From: Nitrososphaeraceae archaeon
Lineage (GTDB): Archaea; Thermoproteota; Nitrososphaeria; Nitrososphaerales; Nitrososphaeraceae
Direction of reading: 5' to 3'
Length of the DNA stretch: 16,281 nucleotides
Assembly (NCBI GenBank): GCA_035297365.1
Contig: DATGZA010000081.1
Span: 1 to 16,281 of the forward strand
In this document: one piece after another, positions 8,825 to 16,281 of the stretch
Position numbering within the stretch: the stretch's first letter is position 1
Layout: the number at the start of each line of letters is the position of its first letter
Position numbers and translations under genes: made by a program
Notes under the pieces: model-generated
What the model was told of the DNA's origin: nothing
What the model saw: only the letters and a program-made list of their open reading frames with translations
Databases searched by the model: none

Positions 8825-9096
8825 TTAGAAAATTTAAAGAATGTTCAATTTATTCTTAAAGGTCTAATGATTAGTGAAAAATTTTAAAAAAAGCAAAAAT
8901 AATGAGAGTTAATCAGAAATATTTTAAGGAAGGAATACTTACCCAGAGATAAATTTTGACTGATATAAGTATTTATCAAAATTCAACTTTGGAATATCGG
9001 CGAAGAAATATTCTGTTTTAGTAAAGAGATGTTACATATCTCGAAATAGCTTTTTTTTCTAAAGTATTCAAATAGTACTTTTCTCATTTAATAAAT

Positions 9097-9579
9097 ATGG
9101 AAGAGAAAAAAATAGAAAAAAAATTAGACAACCATAATGATAAAAATAATGATAATAATGATTCTGATACAAATTCTGTTAAGAATAAATTTACATATAA
9201 ATCTGCGAAATTAGAGATAAATGATAAAGGTTCCTTCATAACTGGTAAAAAATTTAAACCTATTAAAAAATTTAATCAAAAATCAAACAAAAGTTCATTA
9301 ATTGTACTTGAAAAAATTATCGATTTTTCTGAATTCTTCATGGGAAAAAAAACGTATTTTTGTGGAAATCCCGATTGTGGAGTATTGATCCAGTTTCAAA
9401 AAAAATCTAACCGTCCTGTAGTATGCCAAATGTGTGGCGAAGGCATAGACTGGGAAGGAGAATTTATTAGAAGAATCAAACTATGTCCTAAATGTAACGA
9501 AGAGTATTATGGAAATGTAAAGTTTTGTAGTTTTCATTATCCACGTGAAGAATTAATTGAAAAAGAAATACCAAAATGA
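9097..9579 (+). CDS. Hypothetical protein with double zinc ribbon
   Basis: CGNPDC, CQMC, CPKC and CSFH pairs in the C-terminal half; low-complexity N/D/K N-terminus. Confidence 0.82.
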   Translation: MEEKKIEKKLDNHNDKNNDNNDSDTNSVKNKFTYKSAKLEINDKGSFITGKKFKPIKKFNQKSNKSSLIVLEKIIDFSEFFMGKKTYFCGNPDCGVLIQFQKKSNRPVVCQMCGEGIDWEGEFIRRIKLCPKCNEEYYGNVKFCSFHYPREELIEKEIPK

Positions 9580-9708
9580 ACAAAAAATAGAGTCATTAAA
9601 ATAATATCAATTTTTTTACTTGAAAACTAGATTTTATACATTATATTCGAGTTTTTGTTACATCTCATCTCAGATAAATTTAATTGTAATAAGCATTGGA
9701 AATAAAAT

Positions 9709-10152
9709 ATGTCTTATAAATTAATTATAGGCAATAATTTTGTATTAAATAGTCCGAAAAGAATATTTCTTATGGATAAGGAAATCTTTTCTATAGGTGA
9801 AGATAATAATGGAGTTTATGTAGATTCAGAAATTGTAGATAAAAACGGAAAGAATATTCTTAGTATAAAAAAGAATAAATTAGTTTTTTGTATGGAGGAT
9901 TTTAAGATAAAAAAAGATAAAAGAGATCACATATTAGTATTAAATAGTCAGGGTGAAATAGTTTTAGAATCCAGAGTTTATGATAAAAAAACTCTGATTG
10001 TTAGTGGGATATTTACATTAGATGAATTTAGCTGTATCATAACCCAAAATTACATTTTATTATCGAATGGAAAAAGAATTATGCACAGCAGAGTTGATTC
10101 AGAGAATAAGAACATATGTGTTGGGGACGACGGAATTAAGGTAATTCAGTAA
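9709..10152 (+). CDS. Hypothetical all-beta protein (147 aa)
   Basis: Clean ATG ORF with beta-strand/turn periodicity; TTTAATT box about 30 nt upstream. Confidence 0.8.
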   Translation: MSYKLIIGNNFVLNSPKRIFLMDKEIFSIGEDNNGVYVDSEIVDKNGKNILSIKKNKLVFCMEDFKIKKDKRDHILVLNSQGEIVLESRVYDKKTLIVSGIFTLDEFSCIITQNYILLSNGKRIMHSRVDSENKNICVGDDGIKVIQ

Positions 10153-10598
10153 AATTTCTTAGAATAAAGTGTCTCTTATAGTAAAATCTCATAGGATTAT
10201 ATTGTTATTTAAATACGAATTTTACCAATAAAATATGGAAATTTCTAATTATATTATATCAGATTAGAAATAGTTATGTCAAATATCATCGATTAAGAAT
10301 TGATACACAATTGTCCTGATTCAATCACGGGTAATCTAATAATTTGTCATTATTACGAAATAAATGGGCGCGTAATACTCTAGGAATATTCCATCTTTAC
10401 TCAAGCCATTGCAGATGCCTATACGATCTTTTAAGGCATATAAAGACGACTCAACCAATCAAATTTAAAAAACTGCGTGATCACAGATAACAATAATGAG
10501 GAATCTTTTTCTTGGTCTATAGTTTCTAAATACTAATCGAAAGATATTATTCCTGTAGATCGAGGTTGGTTTAAAATATATAAAACATATGGTATTAT

Positions 10599-12134
10599 TC
10601 AAAAAGGTGAGATTTTTTTGCCGGGATTCATAATATTTGTGGGATCAAACAATGTTTTTACACTTTTAAATATGTTGGTAACTTCTTGTCCATACATTCT
10701 GCTTATATAATCTACTCGCCCAAATCCGTCACCATGCTCACCTGAAATAGTTCCTGAAAGAGAAAATACACGACTGAAAACTTCATTAGCTAACTGCCTC
10801 ATTTTTTCTGCTTGGACAGCATCACTAATATCGATCAATGGCCTCGTATGAATATTGCCATTTCCCGCATGACCATAAAGCACATAATCCATTTTGTATT
10901 TTCTATAAAGAAGGATTAAGAATTGAAGGAAGTCAAAGAGATCATTTGGGTTAACAACAGTATCCTCAATTAATCCAATAGGTTTTCTACTGCCAACAGT
11001 AATTTTCATTATATTATTCAGAGCCCTTCTTCTAGAATTCCATATACGTTCTGTACTAGTGCTATCAAAAGAAGTTTCTATTATTTCTCCATATTCACAC
11101 AATTCATTTTTGCAATTTGAAAAGTTTGTATCCACATCCCTTTGAATATCTCCACTAAACTCTAATATCAATAATGATCCGCCCTTATAATATTTATCAG
11201 CTACATATTGATTATTTTTCAGGAATCTATTTTCGTAATCTATTACAGAACTGTCTAGTAATTCTAATGCAGATGGAGAATATTTTAAAATTCTTGGAAC
11301 ATGTTTAACAGCCTTTAAGACATCATCAAATCCGATTACTGCAATATATTTATAGATCGGTACATCTAGGATCCTAAATCGTGCCTGTGAAATCAATCCC
11401 AATGTTGACTCAGAAGCAGCAAATATTTTTTGAGGATTAAAAATATCATCTTCAACGACAGAATCCAACCTATAACCGCATGAATTTTTTGTCACCTTGG
11501 GATATTTTAATTTTACAAGATCTAAAACATCCTCCGAAAGTAATTCCAGTAATTTTCCTATTTTATAGTAATTATTATTATATTTTCTGAAAGAACTTAT
11601 TTTAGATGAACCTAGTAAATTAACCTCTCCATCAGAATATACAACCTGGATCTGTTCCAGAAAGTTGATCGTACTTCCATTTCCTAAGGCATGAATTCCA
11701 CTTGAATTGTTTGCAATCATTCCACCTAATGTACAATAATTACTGCTTGATGGGTCTACAGGAAGAATTTTGTTAATTTTTTTTAGTTCTATATCTAGAA
11801 CTGCTTTTACAATTCCTGGCTGTAATATGACATGGTCTTCTTCTAGTTCTATTATTTTATTCATATATTTTGTAAAATCCAATAGAATTCCACTAGTGAG
11901 AGATTGACCTAAAAGACCTGTACCTGCTCCTCTTGCAGTTATTGATATATCTTTTGAATAGACTTTTTTACATATTTCAGATATATCCTGAACATCTTTA
12001 ACATAAATTATTGCCTCTGGCGATAATGAATAATGACTTGCATCAACTGAATAAATTTTTCTACTCCAATCGTCTGATAACACTTCTCCTTTTGCAATTT
12101 GTCTTAGTTCATGTGAAATGTTTAGGTTGTGCAA
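10599..12134 (-). CDS. FAD-binding oxidoreductase, GlcD/D-lactate dehydrogenase-like (FAD_binding_4 plus FAD-oxidase_C)
   Basis: Motifs ITARGAGTGLLGQS, DPSSSNYCTLGGMIANNSSG, GHAGNGNIHTRP, GTISGEHGDG, FDPTNIMNPGK. Confidence 0.93.
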   Translation of the reverse strand: MHNLNISHELRQIAKGEVLSDDWSRKIYSVDASHYSLSPEAIIYVKDVQDISEICKKVYSKDISITARGAGTGLLGQSLTSGILLDFTKYMNKIIELEEDHVILQPGIVKAVLDIELKKINKILPVDPSSSNYCTLGGMIANNSSGIHALGNGSTINFLEQIQVVYSDGEVNLLGSSKISSFRKYNNNYYKIGKLLELLSEDVLDLVKLKYPKVTKNSCGYRLDSVVEDDIFNPQKIFAASESTLGLISQARFRILDVPIYKYIAVIGFDDVLKAVKHVPRILKYSPSALELLDSSVIDYENRFLKNNQYVADKYYKGGSLLILEFSGDIQRDVDTNFSNCKNELCEYGEIIETSFDSTSTERIWNSRRRALNNIMKITVGSRKPIGLIEDTVVNPNDLFDFLQFLILLYRKYKMDYVLYGHAGNGNIHTRPLIDISDAVQAEKMRQLANEVFSRVFSLSGTISGEHGDGFGRVDYISRMYGQEVTNIFKSVKTLFDPTNIMNPGKKISPF

Positions 12135-12746
12135 TCTAGTATAGACATAGAACGATCTAATCTATAAATTATGTTAAAAACTTTAAATCTAATCAAATCT
12201 GAATTTTATATAAAGAACAAACTGAAAAATAGCCATATTTCAATTAAATATTCTTAAAAATAGACAAATTTAATGTTTTGTTATTTAGTAATTAAAGATT
12301 ATTTTAATCTAGTAATTGTGTTATTATTTAACATGTATTGAATATAAGCATTTAAAACAGATACACTAATATGCTCTTAAATTGAATGATCTATAATTTT
12401 TTTAAAAATTATATATGCTTTGAAATTTTATATACAGACAGCACATGTAAGTATCCTTTATATTTCTTTACTTATTGAATACCGTATAAAATCGTTAGAT
12501 TGAGTCTGATATTAATTAACAGTAAAATAATGTGACTAGAAATAAATAAAAAAATAACAATAATTATTGTATGTGACCTTATTAATAATTTAATGAATTA
12601 GAGTCAAATTGAGATCTATTATTAATCGTATAGTATATTTTTCTATTACATCTTAACAATCAAATATAACTATCAATATTATCCTAAAAAAGTATTCTAA
12701 AAGAAAACCCGAATATTCAATCATATGGTTTAAGTTTGAAATTAAT

Positions 12747-12968
12747 ATGATTCATTTAATGAGGATTAAATACAATAAAAACAAAAGAAAAGTTTTTGAC
12801 AAATATTTGTATGGCTGTCCTTGTTGCCATTTATCTAGATATGTAGTATTAAGTGAAGAAATCCAAGATCCCGCCTATCACAAATATGAATTATATTGTC
12901 ACGGCTGCAATGTAGTTTTTTCGCCGATGCACGCAGTTTTACCATTTGAGTTCAACAAAGACAATTAA
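12747..12968 (+). CDS. Small zinc-ribbon-like protein (73 aa)
   Basis: CPCC and CHGC knuckles about 22 aa apart. The start could be the second Met. Confidence 0.7.
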   Translation: MIHLMRIKYNKNKRKVFDKYLYGCPCCHLSRYVVLSEEIQDPAYHKYELYCHGCNVVFSPMHAVLPFEFNKDN

Positions 12969-13039
12969 TCCATATTTTATTTTAAGAGCTTATTGCTCTA
13001 AATTTTAGTAAAATAAATATTTTATAGGTTTACCTTATA

Positions 13040-13198
13040 TCATTTATTTTTCTTTCTTTTGTTCAACTGAAGTACCAAATAAGCAGCTCCTCCCCAAAGT
13101 AGAAGTGCAAAGAGATGTTGTTGAAAAAACCATGCTACACCTCCAACTACAGCTAATACCATTCCTGTAATACCCATGATTTTCTTATTTTTTATCAA
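13040..13198 (-). CDS. Small two-helix membrane protein (52 aa), below the ORF-track cutoff
   Basis: TTG 13198 to TGA 13040: MIKNKKIMGITGMVLAVVGGVAWFFQQHLFALLLWGGAAYLVLQLNKRKKNK. Two hydrophobic helices with basic termini; higher GC than the flanks. Confidence 0.75.
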   Translation of the reverse strand: MIKNKKIMGITGMVLAVVGGVAWFFQQHLFALLLWGGAAYLVLQLNKRKKNK

Positions 13199-13307
13199 TT
13201 CAATTCTAATAGCATATATTAAATATTAATATACATTTCATAATAGTAAAAATAGAGCGGATAATGAATGAAATCATATTAGATAAAAAGAGGGTTATAT
13301 AAAAGAA

Positions 13308-14752
13308 TCACTTTAAAACGATAGGGGGAATCGATTTCAATCGTTTTGCAAAGGTATGTCTTTCTTCAATAAAGTGTCCAAACGACAAGACTTTTATATC
13401 ATCGAATGGTCTACCTATTAATTGTAAACCTATAGGCATTTTCGTATATCTATTAAAATATAATGGAAGGCTTAGCGCAGGAAAGCCCAAGCTATTAAAC
13501 AGAAATGTATTTCTAAGTAAAGCATCTCTGATTTCTATAATATTATTTTCAATTCTAACTGTCGTGTTATCTATTTTAGGGGCGGAAATTGTCGTTGTTG
13601 GAGTAATCAAAAAATCTAATTTGTTAAAGAAATTTAAAAAATAACGTCTAATTTTGATAACTGTATTAAGTGACTGATAATATTTTTTTCTTGAAATTAC
13701 TTTTCCATTTAACAACATATTCCTAACTTCTGGACTATATGACATTAAAAAATCATCCATTAATTTGGCGTGAATTCTAGATGATTCGTAGAGTCTTACT
13801 GTCTTCCAACATTCATAAAATGAATTCATTAATTCATTCAGATCGACTTCACAAATTTTTATATTAGAACAATCCAATCCAATTATAAATTTGCTAAATG
13901 TTCTTTTGACCTCGGAGTCTAAAAATTCTGTAAAATATTTTTTTACAACTCCTAGAAAAATTACTTTATTTGTAAAATTAAAGTCAAGATTATGATAGAT
14001 GTGACTAAATGAAGCAGAAATATTTTTATTATTTGCTGTAAATTTTTTATTTCTTAGAATATTAAATATAAAAAAAGAATCCAATGAACTTCTAGTAATA
14101 ATCCCAACGTGATCAAGTGATGGAGCTAGATCAAAAATTCCTCTCATGCTTATCACACCATATGTAGGTTTAAACCCAACGACACTACAAAGAGACGCCG
14201 GTACTCGCACAGACCCGCCAGTATCTGTGCCTATTGAAAATGGCACAAGACCTGCCGAAACGGCTACGGCAGACCCACCACTTGAACCACCAGAGATTCT
14301 ACTAATATCCCAGGGATTTTTTGTATTTCCAAAAAAAATATTTTTACCGTCAATACCGGAAGCAAATTCATTTAAATTGTTTGTACCCAAGAGAATGGCT
14401 CCAGCTTTTCTTAATCTCTTAACCACTGTAGAATCACTGGTAGAAATATTATTTGAAAATATTAGTGATCCTTTGGTTGATCTTATATCTTTCGCCGAAA
14501 TATTATCTTTTATTGAAAATGGAATCCCATGTAACGGTCCAAAATAATTCCCTTTTCTAAGTTCATTTTCCATAACATGAGCATCCTCTAACGCTTGTTC
14601 TTTTGTGATCGTAATAAAAGAATTTAATATTGGATTAAATTTTTCAATCCTTGCGATATAATATTTTACTAAATCTACTACTGATATATTTCCAAATTTG
14701 ATCGCTTTAGCGAGGTATTCGATAGTTGAGATCGTCTTAAATTTTTATTCAT
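13308..14752 (-). CDS. Amidase-signature family enzyme (GatA-like fold), frameshifted near the start
   Basis: GPLHGIPFSIKD, GGSSGGSAVAV and GTDTGGSVRVPAS show an intact Lys-Ser-Ser triad. The frame stays open 57 codons upstream of ATG 14573 with a typical amidase N-terminus, but the only nearby ATG (14752) is out of frame. Confidence 0.9.
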
Positions 14753-14771
14753 CTCTGATTATCTAGAGATA

Positions 14772-14787
14772 AATTATAACTTTGCTG
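14772..14787 (-). promoter_or_regulatory. Putative BRE-TATA promoter for the amidase gene
   Basis: Minus strand CAGCAAAG-TTATAATT, with the TATA box starting 27 nt upstream of ATG 14752. This fits a near-leaderless transcript. Confidence 0.55.
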
Positions 14788-14838
14788 TTGTTTCAAAATT
14801 AATTAAAAAAGAAAGATGGTAAATTAAGACATAAGTGG

Positions 14839-16281
14839 TTAGGATGTTTTTAGTACTGCTGAGATAGCCAAACTATTTCCAAAACTGAAATCGATTGTCT
14901 TTTTTGACTTATTATATAGAGCAATCGCATTTATATCACTTATTGACTCATCGTTGCCGGTAATTGGATCTTCGCCATCCATGGTATCATCAAAGTTTAC
15001 AACATATAATGCGTTATCTTTGCTCAAACTCTGTATTTTATTCATCTCTACTATTATGCCCGAATGATGACCGCCAGATTTAGATATATGCATCATTACA
15101 AATTCTATGTTAGGGTCATCTGGTAAATTCAATGTAGCGCGACCATCCTTTACTTCACATGGATAGAAATCACCTAATAGAACAGGGGTCCTTGGTCCTA
15201 TCTTTCCAGTCAATGGAATGGAACTAGTCTGTGTTAAGCATTTGCTACTTTTGTATTTGATTATTTTTTTAGTATGATAATGATGATGGTCATCATCATG
15301 GTCATCATCATGGTCGTAATGCCTGTCTCGATCATGATCATCATACCTGTCTCGATCATGATCATAGCGATCATCATGCCTGTTTCCATGATCATCGTAA
15401 TTATTAATATCCTTGAATATTATATCATCAAATTTCTCACCTGCAATCTGAATAATAGTTGGTGCAAAAATTTGCTTGATATCTTTTCCTTGGGCAATTT
15501 GAGTATTAAATGTTTGTGCAATTTGTTGGAATGTACTATCGTCTATTTCGCCTGTTGCCTTCATACCCACGAGAGATTCAAGTGCCTGACTCACTTGTCC
15601 TTTAGGATTGGTCAATATCTCTTTATTCAATAGATCTTTGACCTCACTTCCTTCTCCACCTAATGCTGCTTGTCCTGAGATTTGTTCTGCTACCTGCTTG
15701 ACTTGTCCCTCGTCTACCTCAGCTTCTTGCGTAATTTCCAGCTCAGACTTTTGTTTTGCTTCTTCAACACCCTGTCCTGCAAATTGGGACGATTCTTGAC
15801 CAGCTAGCTGGGTAGATTCGCCTTTGTTAACGTCCGACTCTTGTTCTGATTTCTGTTCGGATTTCAAGTCAGCGTCACCATCTTCGGTAGAACCTTCTTG
15901 TTCAGATCCTTGGAAAACGTCTTGTAAGGATTCGCCTTTGTTAACGTCCGACTCTTGTTCTGATTTCTGTTCGGATTTCAAGTCAGCGTCACCATCTTCG
16001 GTAGAACCAAGATTAAAAATTTCACCAAGGGCCGTTCCTGACTCAGTTTCTTTTTCTGATTTGAAATCTGATTTAGAAAATTCATTATTATCTTTTGAAT
16101 CTTTTGTTTCATCCGAGTCAGAATCCTGTCCTAGTTCTTGACCTTCAAATCCAGAATTTCTGTTGTCAGAGTCAGAACCAAATCCGGCAAAGGGTTGAAA
16201 ATCATTAGACAATTCGTTTCCAGAGTCAGAATCTGAATCGCGACCACTATCGCCGCCACCACTATCGCCGCCACCACTATC
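14839..16281 (-). CDS. Large acidic low-complexity repeat protein with a His/Asp tract and a globular C-terminal domain (5' end lies outside the window)
   Basis: The frame is open to the window edge (DSGGGDSGGGDSGRDSDSDSGNELSND...), so TTG 16212 is probably internal. D/E/S/Q-rich region, His/Asp tract, then about 130 aa of beta-rich sequence with two Cys. Confidence 0.88.
   Translation of the reverse strand, partial: DSGGGDSGGGDSGRDSDSDSGNELSNDFQPFAGFGSDSDNRNSGFEGQELGQDSDSDETKDSKDNNEFSKSDFKSEKETESGTALGEIFNLGSTEDGDADLKSEQKSEQESDVNKGESLQDVFQGSEQEGSTEDGDADLKSEQKSEQESDVNKGESTQLAGQESSQFAGQGVEEAKQKSELEITQEAEVDEGQVKQVAEQISGQAALGGEGSEVKDLLNKEILTNPKGQVSQALESLVGMKATGEIDDSTFQQIAQTFNTQIAQGKDIKQIFAPTIIQIAGEKFDDIIFKDINNYDDHGNRHDDRYDHDRDRYDDHDRDRHYDHDDDHDDDHHHYHTKKIIKYKSSKCLTQTSSIPLTGKIGPRTPVLLGDFYPCEVKDGRATLNLPDDPNIEFVMMHISKSGGHHSGIIVEMNKIQSLSKDNALYVVNFDDTMDGEDPITGNDESISDINAIALYNKSKKTIDFSFGNSLAISAVLKTS
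15274..15399 (-). repeat. His/Asp-rich coding microrepeat tract (42 aa)
   Basis: YDDHGNRHDDRYDHDRDRYDDHDRDRHYDHDDDHDDDHHHYH; includes a 20-bp direct repeat at 15322-15341 and 15346-15365. Confidence 0.9.
15815..16008. repeat. 80-bp perfect direct repeat, period 114 bp, in frame
   Basis: 15815-15894 is identical to 15929-16008; encodes GSTEDGDADLKSEQKSEQESDVNKGES twice. Confidence 0.95.
16243..16281. repeat. 15-bp tandem repeat encoding DSGGG, truncated by the window edge
   Basis: accactatcgccgcc, about 2.6 copies. Confidence 0.92.

Noticed and set aside
10300-10590. Semi-open frames and a short ATGCCT/AGGCAT hairpin between convergent genes
   Set aside because: Cannot be assigned, and the hairpin is too short to support a call.
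12984-12998. AGAGC-TTATT-GCTCT hairpin between convergent small genes
   Set aside because: A 5-bp stem is expected by chance, and archaeal termination mostly uses T-tracts.
13308-14573. Calling the amidase gatA
   Set aside because: No gatB or gatC neighbours, and I do not see GatA-specific motifs; general amidase is the supportable call.
14146-16141. Plus-strand ORFs 14146-14547, 15274-15633, 15608-15799 and 15824-16141
   Set aside because: Antisense shadows of the amidase and the repeat protein; the Met/Ile-rich ORF is the complement of CAT/GAT codons.

Overview
AT-rich window that looks archaeal, most like a soil ammonia-oxidising archaeon (Nitrososphaeraceae, Nitrosocosmicus-like). This is inferred from gene content, TATA boxes about 25 nt upstream of start codons and small Zn-finger proteins. 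It is an accessory region of unlinked genes. In order: a LamG-domain secreted protein with Thr-rich repeats (runs off the left edge, absent from the ORF track), a degenerating MBL-fold hydrolase, a GtrA protein, a C2H2 Zn-finger protein, a secreted polysaccharide deacetylase bracketed by two inverted IS5-type transposase 3' remnants that share a perfect 78-bp core, a decayed metallophosphoesterase pseudogene, several hypothetical and Zn-ribbon proteins, a GlcD/D-lactate-dehydrogenase-like FAD oxidoreductase, an unannotated 52-aa membrane protein, an amidase whose start codon is out of frame across an A_AAT_TTA slippery heptamer, and a large acidic repeat protein with a His/Asp tract (runs off the right edge). 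No rRNA, tRNA or CRISPR array was seen. I cannot establish a complete new system. The best leads are the inverted-repeat-bracketed deacetylase cassette and the candidate -1 frameshift in the amidase. Family assignments come from motif recognition, not database searches.
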